Origin: a virus
Lineage: Duplodnaviria > Caudoviricetes
DNA length: 64,000 nucleotides
Virus record (IMG/VR): IMGVR_UViG_3300032782_000002
Direction: 5' to 3' (one strand)
The translations under genes and the position numbers were made by a program. The notes below the pieces were generated by a model. It did no database searches. It saw only the letters and a program-made list of their open reading frames with translations, and was not told the DNA's origin. Below are positions 28,346-37,422 of this stretch, one piece after another. Within the stretch, counting starts at the first letter, position 1. Each line of letters opens with the position of its first letter.

Positions 28346-29293
28346 TCAGAGGAGCGCCGACACGACATCCTCGGGCCGGACGCGCTCGTAGTGCGCCCGC
28401 CCGGCGATCTCGGGCGGCGGCCGCACGAGGCCCATCCAGGCGAGGCTCGTGTCCATCGAGCCACCCGCGGTCTGTTCGGGCACCTTGGCGGCGGGCACGA
28501 GGTTCGAGCACGCGCCGGCCATGCCGAGGCGGCACGACGGATCTTCGATGTCGCCGGACTGTCGGCGAACGCGGATGTGGTAGAGGATGACGTCCGGGCT
28601 CTTGCGGTGCTCGACAGTGTGGTTGGCCCGCTCGCCGCTGTGGCGAAGCTCCGAGACGCGGTAGCTCGCGAGATCCTCGCAGTCCGCCGCGCCCAGCTCC
28701 AACGTGCGTGGGATGTCCTGCCACTCATCCTTGCCGAGCTTCTCTTCCTGGTAGACGACACCGCTCTGGTAGAGCGGAGGCGCCTTGCCACCTGCGGCAA
28801 GCCACTGCTTGTTGGCCTCGTGCAGGACGTCGAGCATCTTGCAGATGACCGTCATCTTCAGCTCGGCGGGCGTCGTCTCGAAGCTCGTGAACTCCAGCGT
28901 CGGAGTCCACATGGCGTTCTGCGACAGCGCGTTGAGGCCGTCGGTCCAGCGCACGCCCTGGCAGGGATCCTCGCGCGTGCCGTTGGCGCGCTGCACGAGC
29001 AGGCGCCCATCGGCGGTCGCCACCCAGAGCGCCTTCTCACCGGCTTTGCGCAGCTCTGCGACACGCCATGCGACCGCCGACGGGCAGCTCATCTGGCGAA
29101 GCTCCATCGCACGCGCGGCGTCCTGCCACGACGAGCCGTCGGAGACGACGCGAATGGACGACGACGGCGGTCGGGGGCGCGCGTCGACGACGTTGGCCTG
29201 CACGAGCGCGCCCAGCAGCTTGCCGAAAACGGGCAGGCGGGTGCCCACCGGCAGCATCTCGAAGCTCTTGAGGAAGTACTGGGGTGCGTACAA
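28346..29293 (-). CDS. Transglutaminase-like Cys protease (tandem domains)
   Basis: ADCEDLA (Cys), YHIRV (His), EDPS (Asp); degenerate N-terminal copy. Confidence 0.65.
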   Translation of the reverse strand: MYAPQYFLKSFEMLPVGTRLPVFGKLLGALVQANVVDARPRPPSSSIRVVSDGSSWQDAARAMELRQMSCPSAVAWRVAELRKAGEKALWVATADGRLLVQRANGTREDPCQGVRWTDGLNALSQNAMWTPTLEFTSFETTPAELKMTVICKMLDVLHEANKQWLAAGGKAPPLYQSGVVYQEEKLGKDEWQDIPRTLELGAADCEDLASYRVSELRHSGERANHTVEHRKSPDVILYHIRVRRQSGDIEDPSCRLGMAGACSNLVPAAKVPEQTAGGSMDTSLAWMGLVRPPPEIAGRAHYERVRPEDVVSALL

Positions 29294-29359
29294 TGGCCGT
29301 TTCTAGAAGCGTACTCACAAAACGTCGAAAAACGTTATAGTCTATGTCGTCAAACGATC

Positions 29360-30526
29360 GTGCCCCGCATCTTCACCTGCCCGACCTGCCACCAACAGGG
29401 ACACTACGCCAAGTCGTGCCCGCAGGATCCTGCGCGCAACCTGCAGGACAAGCCCTTCGGACGCTGGACCGTCATCGGACCCGCCGAACGCGACACGAAG
29501 CACCTGCGCTGGCTCTGGCCGTGCCGGTGCTCGTGCCCCGCCCGCACCGAAAAGCTCGTCCCCGAAGACGCGCTGCGCCGCGGCGAGAGCGTCTCGTGTG
29601 GCTGCGCCCCGAAGGGCAAGCCGCCGGGCAGCGTCGTCCACTGCGCGAATTGCGGCCAGCGCGGACACCACGCGAATACGTGCGCCGAGCCGCCCAAGAC
29701 GTCGAACGAGACACGACTGTGCTCCGTGTGCGGCCCGAAGCCTGCCACCGACTTCAGCCCGAACAACTCGCGGTGCCGTCCATGCAACGCCGCATACAAC
29801 CGTGCGCGCAACGCACGGCTCACGACGTCGAAGATCGCGCGCCCATGTCGGGCGTGCGGGGCACCGACAGCCCACTACCGTGCGGGACGGCCGATCTGCG
29901 CCGGCTGCGACAACGAACGCCAGGTGAAGTACCGCGCCGACGCAAAAGCCGAGGGGCGCGATGTTGATCGTCGATCACACCTGCATAGCGAATACGGCAT
30001 CACGCCGGAGCAGTACGACGCACTGTTGGCGGCGCAGGGCGGGTGCTGCGCGATCTGCAAGACCGACAAACCGAACCGCCACCAGCGCTTCAAGCACCTT
30101 CAGGTCGATCACATCAAGGGCACAACCCACGTGCGAGGGCTGCTGTGCGATGCCTGCAACCTCGGAATCGGCAACGCACACCACGAGCCCACAACACTCC
30201 GCGCCGCCGCCGACTACCTCGAAGATCCGCCGCTCGCCATCTACCCCAGCAGAGAGCGCGGCGCGCCCCCTGACCGCCAGATCCAGCGGGCGGAGCGACT
30301 ACGGTTGCGGGTCGCGTACCCCACACTGGACCAGGCACTCAACACCACCTGCCCCATCTGCCGATCGCGACCTGCCACGGACGTGGATCACGACCACAAA
30401 ACCGACAGAATCCGGGGCGCCACGTGCAACGGCTGCAACACGACGCTCGGGCACTTCAAGAACAACCCCGCGCTGCTGCGGATCGCTGCGACGTACCTCG
30501 AAGAGCGCGGCCCACAAAACGGCTGA
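29360..30526 (+). CDS. Free-standing homing-type endonuclease: CCHC knuckles plus two endonuclease VII domains
   Basis: CPTCHQQGHYAKSC, FGRWTV..WPCRCSC..SCGC, YGIT..Y..LL..Q..CAIC..VDH..VRGLLC..CN, second VDHDH..IRG.TC..CN. Confidence 0.8.
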   Translation: MPRIFTCPTCHQQGHYAKSCPQDPARNLQDKPFGRWTVIGPAERDTKHLRWLWPCRCSCPARTEKLVPEDALRRGESVSCGCAPKGKPPGSVVHCANCGQRGHHANTCAEPPKTSNETRLCSVCGPKPATDFSPNNSRCRPCNAAYNRARNARLTTSKIARPCRACGAPTAHYRAGRPICAGCDNERQVKYRADAKAEGRDVDRRSHLHSEYGITPEQYDALLAAQGGCCAICKTDKPNRHQRFKHLQVDHIKGTTHVRGLLCDACNLGIGNAHHEPTTLRAAADYLEDPPLAIYPSRERGAPPDRQIQRAERLRLRVAYPTLDQALNTTCPICRSRPATDVDHDHKTDRIRGATCNGCNTTLGHFKNNPALLRIAATYLEERGPQNG

Positions 30527-30527
30527 A

Positions 30528-30554
30528 GCCGTCGGCGGGAACACCGCCGACGGC
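30528..30554. terminator. GC hairpin between convergent genes
   Basis: GCCGTCGGCGG-GAACA-CCGCCGACGGC, perfect 11-bp stem. Confidence 0.6.
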
Positions 30555-30604
30555 CTCGAAGCCACTTCACACTCTATCCATAAGTGGCCGAAACCACTAC
30601 GGAT

Positions 30605-31189
30605 TTAGAATGCGCTCGTGCCAAACATCACCGCGCGGAAGGTCGCGGCCGTGACGTCGACGTTCGAGACGGCGACGACCACGTCCTGCGCGATGCTCGC
30701 CGTGTCGAGCGACAGGCGGACACCGACCGCGTTCTCGGCGAAGGCGCGCGCGGGGAGGCTGGTGGCCTCCACGAGCTGGCTCTTGTTCCCGATCTTGATG
30801 TCGTTGATCAGGAACGAGTCCGCCTGCGTCGAACCCGACTGTCCCGGCCAGGCGGGCGAATCGGGGATGACGAGGCGCTCACCGCGGAAGAGCACCTGCG
30901 GGCGGCTGATCACGTTGAACTGCCCGCCGTTGTTCGGGATGTTCGTCGCGAAGAAGCCGAGCGCGAGTGCGCGCGTGTCGCGGAGCTGGCGCTCCTGCAC
31001 GACGGGCTGGCCGCCGTAGGCGACGCCCGGTCCGCCACCGGAGCTGGGCTGCGCCGGGGGCGTCATGATGCCCATCGCGGCAGCGTGCTGCGCGACGAGC
31101 TGCTGGAACTGCGGGGTGGAAGCCACCGCAGTGAGGGCCGACTGCACCGCGGGGTGCATCATCTGGCCCGAGATCTCCATCTGTCCCAT
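30605..31189 (-). CDS. Candidate major capsid protein (single jelly-roll-like)
   Basis: Flexible N-arm plus about 125 aa all-beta domain (RPQVLFRGERLVIP, FLINDIKIG, LSLDTA, VAVSN, FRAVMFG); own promoter and terminator; fold is inferred. Confidence 0.45.
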   Translation of the reverse strand: MGQMEISGQMMHPAVQSALTAVASTPQFQQLVAQHAAAMGIMTPPAQPSSGGGPGVAYGGQPVVQERQLRDTRALALGFFATNIPNNGGQFNVISRPQVLFRGERLVIPDSPAWPGQSGSTQADSFLINDIKIGNKSQLVEATSLPARAFAENAVGVRLSLDTASIAQDVVVAVSNVDVTAATFRAVMFGTSAF

Positions 31190-31287
31190 GGTTCTACCTG
31201 CTTGTACTGCTCTGAGACTGCGCCTCAACGGCGCTTACGCACGACAGGGACCTACAAGGTCACTGCGGCGGAATCGGTGGGGGGCGC

Positions 31288-31830
31288 TCAGCCGTGGATC
31301 TGCTGCACGACGAAGCGCTGCGTGCCGGCGGGGACCGGCGAGTGGGCGGTCGGACCGCTCACGTGGTGGTGCATGCGACGCAGGCGCGCCGCGAGCATCG
31401 GCTGGTTGTGCGGGCCGTGAGCCAGCTGCCCGCTGATCTCCAAGCCGCTGGTCTTCTGGGGCGCCGCGGACGCCGAGGCCGCGCCGAACGCCGCGCCGGT
31501 GCGCGCCGCGTAGCTGGCGATGGCGCCCATGGCCACGTTGCTCAGGTGCTCCTCGTAGTCGTCGCCGACGAGGTCGAAGCACGAGAGGAGGGCCAGGGAG
31601 AGGCCGACGCCGAGGTCCGCCGGGACGGGCCCGACCATCAGCTCCCCACCCGCCGAGCGGGCGTTGAGGTAGCTGAACCCGGCCGCCGGCAGGGCGGTCT
31701 CCAGAACCTTCAGGCCGACGGAGGCGAGGCGCCCCTTGACCGGCTTGAGATCACCTGCGAGCGACTGGTGGGCGGCGGCCAGGTCACTCTCGATCGCCTG
31801 CATCGTCGCGTCATCGAGGTAGTAGGACAC
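31288..31830 (-). CDS. Gly/Ala-rich membrane protein upstream of the capsid candidate
   Basis: AGGAG RBS with GTG start; hydrophobic helices; LEISGQ motif. Confidence 0.6.
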   Translation of the reverse strand: MSYYLDDATMQAIESDLAAAHQSLAGDLKPVKGRLASVGLKVLETALPAAGFSYLNARSAGGELMVGPVPADLGVGLSLALLSCFDLVGDDYEEHLSNVAMGAIASYAARTGAAFGAASASAAPQKTSGLEISGQLAHGPHNQPMLAARLRRMHHHVSGPTAHSPVPAGTQRFVVQQIHG

Positions 31831-31856
31831 GTGGAATCTCCTGGGAGGGTGAGATG

Positions 31857-31981
31857 AGTGTGACGCCTCCGGACTGCAGACGTCAAGAGATTCGCGTAAT
31901 TGGCATATCAAAGTTGATAGCCGCTTATCGGTTTCGTATCGACTTCGTATAAACAACGCGCCAGGCCGTTTGCGGTACACT
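31857..31981. promoter_or_regulatory. Divergent promoter region with phased AT boxes
   Basis: Minus strand TTGACG(31881-86)-N18-CACACT; plus strand TACACT(31976-81) 7 nt before ATG 31989; TATC-N7-TATC-N7-TATA between them. Confidence 0.55.
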
Positions 31982-31988
31982 CCCGCGC

Positions 31989-32501
31989 ATGACGTGCCCT
32001 CAAGAACCCATCCCCGCTGGCTGGCGCGTGTGGCGCGGCAGCGTGCCGCCCGAGCTGACGCAGATCGCAATGGACGTGCGCGACCACGTCCGGCAGTACG
32101 CGCGCGGCACGATCGTGCAGACGCTCAACTACAACGGGCAGACCGTCGGCGTCTTCGTGTCGAGCCACACCTGGACGTACCGCAAGCAGGCCGACGGCAG
32201 CGTGAAGCTCGTAACGGGCATCTGCATCCCAGGCGTGTCGCTGCTCACGCAGCCGCCCGGTACCGGCGCGGCCCTCGGTGCCCCCGACGACACGACGCCG
32301 CCCGATGATCTGAGCACGCCGGATCCGGACATGGCCGTCTTCGGCGCGGACGATGTGCCGATCGGCGCGCTCGTACCGCTCGGCAGCGCGCTCGCCGGAG
32401 CCGTGGCGGGTTTCGTCTGCGCGGGGCCTGTCGGCGCGCTCGCCGGAGCCCTGATCGGCGCGACGATGGGGTGGGAGTGGGTCAAGAACAGCAACAGTTG
32501 A
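31989..32501 (+). CDS. Protein with C-terminal glycine-zipper TM segments
   Basis: GSALAGAVAGFVCAGPVGALAGALIG. Confidence 0.6.
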   Translation: MTCPQEPIPAGWRVWRGSVPPELTQIAMDVRDHVRQYARGTIVQTLNYNGQTVGVFVSSHTWTYRKQADGSVKLVTGICIPGVSLLTQPPGTGAALGAPDDTTPPDDLSTPDPDMAVFGADDVPIGALVPLGSALAGAVAGFVCAGPVGALAGALIGATMGWEWVKNSNS

Positions 32502-32531
32502 ACTCGCCGCGCCTGTTGATACAGTCGCTGC

Positions 32532-33410
32532 ATGAGCCAATCGGAAGTCAATCAGTCCCTCGACGGCGTCTCGGTCATGCTCTGCACGCCCGTACGCGGC
32601 GGCACGAGCCCGAGCTACAACGACGCGGTCGAGGCGCTGATGGCGTGGTGCCGCGCGCAGGGTGTGCCCATCGCGCGCCGGGTGGCCGCCGAGGCTCCGG
32701 TGGACTTCGCGCGCGACGGCCTGGCCGCGGAGTTTCTCGCCGCCACGACCGACGTCGGCAAGCCGTACACGCACTGCCTCATGATCGACTCGGGGGTTGG
32801 ATTCGGCGTCGAGTCGGCCAAGAAGCTGCTCATGGCCGACGAGGACTTCACCGCCGTAGCCGTACCTCTTCGTCGCAGTGACATCGAGAAGGCCGCCAAG
32901 ACGGGCGACGCGCGCAACGCCACCGTGTTCGCCATCAAGCTCACGCAGTACTCGCGCGAAACGGGCAAGATGCGCGTCGTGCAGAAGAACGGCGCCGCGC
33001 TGGCCGAGATCGACGGCATCGGCGCCGCGATGATCTGCGTGCGCCGCAAGGTCTACGAGAGGATGTTCGACGCGCACCCGGAGCTGCGTCACCGCGGAGG
33101 CTTTCGCTACTTCGAGCCGAGCGTGCTCGACGATGACGGCGAGTCGCACGTCACGAAGCTGCGGCGCGCTGTCGAGAAGGCCCTCGCCGCGGACAGCTCC
33201 ACGCAGGCTCGCGACATGCTGCGCGCGGCACTCGCGGTCGACCACGAGCAGTACGAGGCGCGCGGCGAGGACATCTCCTTCAGCATGCGCTGGCGGCGCC
33301 TGCACACCGAGGACAAGCCGGCGCAGGTCTGGATGCTCTGCGACGCGCCCGTCGTCCACGAGGGGCACGGCATGTTCACCGGCAACATCGCCGACGCGCT
33401 CGGCTTCTAG
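32532..33410 (+). CDS. GT-A-fold glycosyltransferase-like protein (phage type)
   Basis: LCTPVRGG, ARD.L, THCLMIDSG, GAAMICVRR, GEDISF. Confidence 0.65.
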   Translation: MSQSEVNQSLDGVSVMLCTPVRGGTSPSYNDAVEALMAWCRAQGVPIARRVAAEAPVDFARDGLAAEFLAATTDVGKPYTHCLMIDSGVGFGVESAKKLLMADEDFTAVAVPLRRSDIEKAAKTGDARNATVFAIKLTQYSRETGKMRVVQKNGAALAEIDGIGAAMICVRRKVYERMFDAHPELRHRGGFRYFEPSVLDDDGESHVTKLRRAVEKALAADSSTQARDMLRAALAVDHEQYEARGEDISFSMRWRRLHTEDKPAQVWMLCDAPVVHEGHGMFTGNIADALGF

Positions 33411-33817
33411 AGCCCGACGCCGCGCGCTCGCAGCGTCTGGCTGATCGCATCGAGCGACCAGCCGTAGTTCTGCGCCTGCGCGCGAATCGCCGGCCACGTC
33501 ATCCACGAGACGGGCAGCCCCTCGGCGGGCGAGCCCCGTCCGCGGGATCGCGGGGCGATGAAGACGTAGATGGGCGCGTCGCCCTCGCGCATGATCCCGA
33601 CGGGCACCAGCCCCACCGCCTGCACCGCCGTCTCTTCCTTCAGCTCACGCAGCGCTGCGGCCGCGGGCGACTCACCCACCTCGATGTGGCCGCCTGGAAT
33701 CGACCACTCATGAGGAGGTTCGGGCCGGCGCACGACCAGCCAATGACGACGACCGCGCTGACTGCGCGGTACGAGCACGATGGAGGCGCCTCGGTTCACG
33801 GCAGGAGCATCCCACAA
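33407..33817 (-). CDS. NUDIX hydrolase
   Basis: PGGHIEVGESPAAAALRELKEETAV Nudix box. Confidence 0.85.
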   Translation of the reverse strand: MWDAPAVNRGASIVLVPRSQRGRRHWLVVRRPEPPHEWSIPGGHIEVGESPAAAALRELKEETAVQAVGLVPVGIMREGDAPIYVFIAPRSRGRGSPAEGLPVSWMTWPAIRAQAQNYGWSLDAISQTLRARGVGL

Positions 33818-33822
33818 AAGAC

Positions 33823-33858
33823 GAGCGCCGCGTCTCCCGAATGAGGAGCGCGGCGCTC
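33823..33858 (-). terminator. Rho-independent terminator candidate
   Basis: GAGCGCCGCG...CGCGGCGCTC stem followed by GTCTTTT on the minus strand. Confidence 0.55.
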
Positions 33859-33877
33859 GGAGTCCGTCGGTCGGGGA

Positions 33878-34219
33878 CTACTTCTTCTTGCCCTTGCGCG
33901 CGGCCTTGCGGCGGCCGTGGCCCTTGGACACGGTCGCGGCGTAGACGCCGCCGCGGCGCGTGACCCACTTGAACTCGCTCTTGCGAGCGCCCGCGACCTG
34001 CCCGATCTTGTGCTTCCCGACGAGCTTGCGGCCCTTGCGGACGACGCTGCGCTTGTACGGGCGCTTCAGCTTGCGCTTGGTCGCATCGCCGAAGAGGCCG
34101 TAGTACGAGGAGGACTTCTTCTTGTGGTGGCGACGACGACGGTCGCCGAAGTCGCCTTCGAGGACTTCCAGATCGCCGAAGTCGGCGCCGATGACGCGGG
34201 AGGAACGTGTCGTAGCCAT
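33878..34219 (-). CDS. Very basic core/DNA-condensing-like protein with acidic N-terminal leader
   Basis: VIGADFGDLEVLEGDFGD followed by Arg/Lys-rich body; AGGAG RBS, own promoter and terminator. Confidence 0.6.
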   Translation of the reverse strand: MATTRSSRVIGADFGDLEVLEGDFGDRRRRHHKKKSSSYYGLFGDATKRKLKRPYKRSVVRKGRKLVGKHKIGQVAGARKSEFKWVTRRGGVYAATVSKGHGRRKAARKGKKK

Positions 34220-34265
34220 GATCTCTTGTCTCCTGGGAAACGATGCTCTCTATCGAGCTGCAGTC

Positions 34266-34363
34266 AGCATCCCGCGAGGTCACGCGCCCGTCAAGAGCCT
34301 CGCGCGTACGGGCATATATAACTTCGATATGACAATATCGACAGTCAATTGACTCTGAATCAA
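34266..34363 (-). promoter_or_regulatory. Promoter TTGACG-N17-GATGCT plus upstream phased AT boxes
   Basis: -35 at 34289-94, -10 at 34266-71; boxes at 34314-34363. Confidence 0.5.
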
Positions 34364-34367
34364 GTCG

Positions 34368-34820
34368 TCAGAGCACACCCGCCGCGTCGGCGACGGAGTT
34401 GATCTTCATCTCCGCCCGGAGCAGGGCAGCCAGCGGGTCGCGGCGCTGCCGCAGTATCTCGTAGCGGCTGCGATCGGTCGTCGTCCGGTAGACGAGCGCC
34501 TTGCGGCTCGGGCGCCCGCCGTTGACGAAGACCACGGGAATCCTGCGCAATCCGGCCATGACGGCCGCCGCCCGCCGGTGCGTCCCCGTCCAGTTCATGA
34601 AGTGCGCGCTGTCGAGGCGGAGCTTCACCTGTCCGCCGTCGAGCACTTCAACGGCGAGCGGGCGCCCCTGCCAGCCGTACTTGCGCATCCTCTGCACCAG
34701 CTCCTGCAGGTGGTGCATTCGCCGGATCTCGTGAAGAGGGATAATCCGACGAGGATCCACCATCACGACCCGAACTCGCCTGTTGTGGACTCGGGAAAGG
34801 CGGGGCATACTCGGTGTCAA
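34368..34820 (-). CDS. ParB/Srx N-terminal-like domain protein
   Basis: L...MRKYGWQGRPLAV...TGTHRRAAA...GL..IPV. Confidence 0.6.
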   Translation of the reverse strand: MTPSMPRLSRVHNRRVRVVMVDPRRIIPLHEIRRMHHLQELVQRMRKYGWQGRPLAVEVLDGGQVKLRLDSAHFMNWTGTHRRAAAVMAGLRRIPVVFVNGGRPSRKALVYRTTTDRSRYEILRQRRDPLAALLRAEMKINSVADAAGVL

Positions 34821-34831
34821 GAGGATACACC

Positions 34832-35506
34832 ATGCCGAGCGTTCACGACGGGCTTCTGCGTCACCACCATGTCGGCCAGGGCAGTGCAGCCGCGGCCGCG
34901 GCGCAGGCCATGGCGCGCCCCCCTTCGTTCGGACCCCGCTACACGCCGGGCTTCGGAGGGCCGCATCCGATCGGGCGCGGCATCGGGCACTTCCGACCGA
35001 CGCACACCGGCCTCGTGACCTTCGATCGCGATCACGTCGGGGCCAGGGGGACGGCGGAGATCAGCGGCCAGGAGGACGTGCAGCCGGCCGCCGGCAGCGC
35101 GCCCGACCAGAGCCACTACACCCCGGTCAGCAGCGGCCCGGTCACCGACACGAGCACGCCGGGCGGCGCGCTGAGCAGCCTGCTCGGCAGCTCGTTCGGG
35201 GATCTCGGGGGCCTGTTCGGCGGTGGCGGCGGCGGCTCGAACGCCGTGACGGCGGCGAGCGTCGCGGACTCCGCGTCCCAGACCAACGTGCCGGTGAGCT
35301 ACAACCCGCCGAGCGGCGGCGGCATCGCTCCCGCGCCGCGTCCCGCACCGACCACGATCGTCCAGCCGCAGGCCGCCAAGAGCAACTTGATCTGGTGGAT
35401 CATCGGCGGTGTCGCCGCCGTCGCCGTCGGCATCATCATCTGGCGCCACTTCGGCCACAAGGGCGTCAAGGCCGCCGCCAAGGCCGCCAGCTACGCCTTC
35501 CGCTGA
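34832..35506 (+). CDS. Gly/Pro-rich protein with C-terminal TM
   Basis: MPSVHDGLLRHHHVGQ...EISGQEDVQ...LIWWIIGGVAAVAVGIIIW. Confidence 0.65.
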   Translation: MPSVHDGLLRHHHVGQGSAAAAAAQAMARPPSFGPRYTPGFGGPHPIGRGIGHFRPTHTGLVTFDRDHVGARGTAEISGQEDVQPAAGSAPDQSHYTPVSSGPVTDTSTPGGALSSLLGSSFGDLGGLFGGGGGGSNAVTAASVADSASQTNVPVSYNPPSGGGIAPAPRPAPTTIVQPQAAKSNLIWWIIGGVAAVAVGIIIWRHFGHKGVKAAAKAASYAFR

Positions 35507-35513
35507 ACGGCCC

Positions 35514-35771
35514 GTGAGCGCGAGCCGCGCATACGCCACCATCGTCGGGCGCTTCCGGTGGCGGTTCGACACGCGCGCTCGCGCCTGGACCGTGCTGGGG
35601 CGTCGCGACATCCGCATCGTGCCCGTCATCCTCAAGGCGCGCGGCGGACGCCTCCATCCCGCGTGGCGCCTCGAACCGAGCGCCCGCATCTACCGCGAGT
35701 ACACCGATGCGATGATCGACGTGGACGCCGATCCGCCGTCCGCCGACCACCGCCCTTCCCGGAGATCCTAG
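35514..35771 (+). CDS. Hypothetical protein
   Basis: Fills the gap between plus-strand genes. Confidence 0.4.
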   Translation: MSASRAYATIVGRFRWRFDTRARAWTVLGRRDIRIVPVILKARGGRLHPAWRLEPSARIYREYTDAMIDVDADPPSADHRPSRRS

Positions 35772-36377
35772 ATGCCCGCCGAGACCTTCTCCGCCGCCAA
35801 GGCCCGCCTACTCGCGCAGCTGGCGCAGATGGGATGGACCGTCCGCAGTCAGCTCAAAGTCCCGTGGGCCGAGCCGCCGAGCCACGCCTACCGGATCTGG
35901 TTCAAGCCGCAGGCCGTGTACCTGAATGAGCACTCGCTGTTCATGGACATCCGGGGTATGCCGGCGGCAACCTTCATGGCGCACGTCGACCACGCCGTCG
36001 TCGTCGCCACGCGCTACGCCAGCCGCCTGGTCAATCCCCACAACCCCAGGAGCACTCCCAAGGCGACGCGTGCGGCGTCGAAGGAACGGCTGCTCGCGTA
36101 CCTGCAGGGGCGAGGGATGACACCCGAACAGGCGGAGCGCGAGTACCGCCGCCTGACGAGCTACAACTGGGCCAACGCCGAGGCGCCGCACTTCCAGATC
36201 AGCGCGCGGGCGACCCGCGGGGGCTGGCGTGGAGTCGCTACCCTCGGGGGCGGCGTCGTCGCCATGAAGACCGTACCGATCTTCCGGTCGAAGGACGACG
36301 CGGAGAAGGCCATCCGGGCGTGGCTCAAGGGGCGCGGCGCCCACGCCGATCGCCGCCGTCGGCGGCGGAAGCGCTAA
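35772..36377 (+). CDS. Hypothetical multi-module basic protein
   Basis: GGAG RBS; Arg-rich C-terminus. Confidence 0.6.
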   Translation: MPAETFSAAKARLLAQLAQMGWTVRSQLKVPWAEPPSHAYRIWFKPQAVYLNEHSLFMDIRGMPAATFMAHVDHAVVVATRYASRLVNPHNPRSTPKATRAASKERLLAYLQGRGMTPEQAEREYRRLTSYNWANAEAPHFQISARATRGGWRGVATLGGGVVAMKTVPIFRSKDDAEKAIRAWLKGRGAHADRRRRRRKR

Positions 36378-36483
36378 TCAACTTCGTATTCGTTTCTAAT
36401 CAATCCACACTAGAAACTAATCAATCGAAGGCGCGCGGAGGCGGCAAACTGCCTTGACGCCCCCTGTAGGGCACTTCTACCAT
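36374..36483 (+). promoter_or_regulatory. Three CTAATCAA repeats plus promoter TTGACG-N18-TACCAT
   Basis: Repeats at 36374, 36396, 36417; -10 ends 7 nt before ATG 36491. Confidence 0.65.
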
Positions 36484-36490
36484 ACAGACC

Positions 36491-36928
36491 ATGCCCACCT
36501 ACGAAGCTGGCGCAACGACACCGGCCGCCGGCTCTGCTGCCGCCTACGCCACGTTCAACACCAACGCGCGCCGCTCGTTCCTTCGCGAGATGGGCCTGTT
36601 CACGACCGCGGCGACCGCGTCGTCGATCGGTCTGGGCGTCCCTGGCAACACGCCCTCGACGATCTCCGGCATCACGCCGCAGCCGAAGGACGCCGCCGAC
36701 ATCGCGGCCACGGCGACGCTGGCCACGAGCTGGACGACAGTCCCCACCGCGCCCACGACGTTCTTCCGCAAGGTCACCTTGGGGGCGGCCGTCGGAGCAG
36801 GGGTCATCTGGAAGGTGGCTCTGGACGAGCGCTGGATCCTCGGCACGGGCACCAAGTACTACGTCTGGTGGAACTACGGCGGGAGCACCGGCTCCGCCCT
36901 GGACATGTACGTCGAGGAAGACGAGTAA
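36491..36928 (+). CDS. Thr/Ala-rich beta protein (putative virion component)
   Basis: First gene of the operon containing the giant fibre-like gene. Confidence 0.6.
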   Translation: MPTYEAGATTPAAGSAAAYATFNTNARRSFLREMGLFTTAATASSIGLGVPGNTPSTISGITPQPKDAADIAATATLATSWTTVPTAPTTFFRKVTLGAAVGAGVIWKVALDERWILGTGTKYYVWWNYGGSTGSALDMYVEEDE

Positions 36929-36933
36929 GGTCC

Positions 36934-37383
36934 ATGGCCGACAAGTCCACGAGCAAGACGCCGGACGCCCCCGCTCCGTCGGGGTGGGGCATCGTCTACC
37001 GGGGGCCCAAGGCGCCGACCAAGGTCGGTGGCTGCGGGCCCTGCCTGTCGGCCGCTGCGGGTCTCTGCAGCGCGCAGCCCCCGCACGCCAACTACACCGA
37101 GGGCTGCGGCCTGTGCCTGGCCGCGCGCGACAAGGTCTGCCGCACCCACGGCATGGGCGTCACACGTGCGCTGGACGAGTACGGCAAGTCGCTCACCGGC
37201 AGCGCCGCCAAGACGTTCGCGGCAACCCGCACGCTGGCGGACGCCGAGCTGACCGAGATCTCCGACACCGCGCAGGTGGAGATCGAACTGGGCGGCTCGC
37301 AGGGCGCCCACGTGGACGGCGCGGGCGCCGCCACCGGCGCGCCGGCTCGCGCGCTCATCCTGATCGTCCGGCAGACCGGCTGA
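36934..37383 (+). CDS. Hypothetical protein with duplicated GCGxCL...C..H motif
   Basis: GCGPCL..LC..H and GCGLCL..VC.TH. Confidence 0.55.
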   Translation: MADKSTSKTPDAPAPSGWGIVYRGPKAPTKVGGCGPCLSAAAGLCSAQPPHANYTEGCGLCLAARDKVCRTHGMGVTRALDEYGKSLTGSAAKTFAATRTLADAELTEISDTAQVEIELGGSQGAHVDGAGAATGAPARALILIVRQTG

Positions 37384-37422
37384 GCGGCCGAAGCGGGGCT
37401 GATACACCTGAGGAGGTAATCC

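Noticed and set aside
27851-29359. N-terminal 500 aa of the 891 aa plus-strand ORF
   Set aside because: Shadow of minus-strand genes; endonuclease-like sequence only begins near 29360
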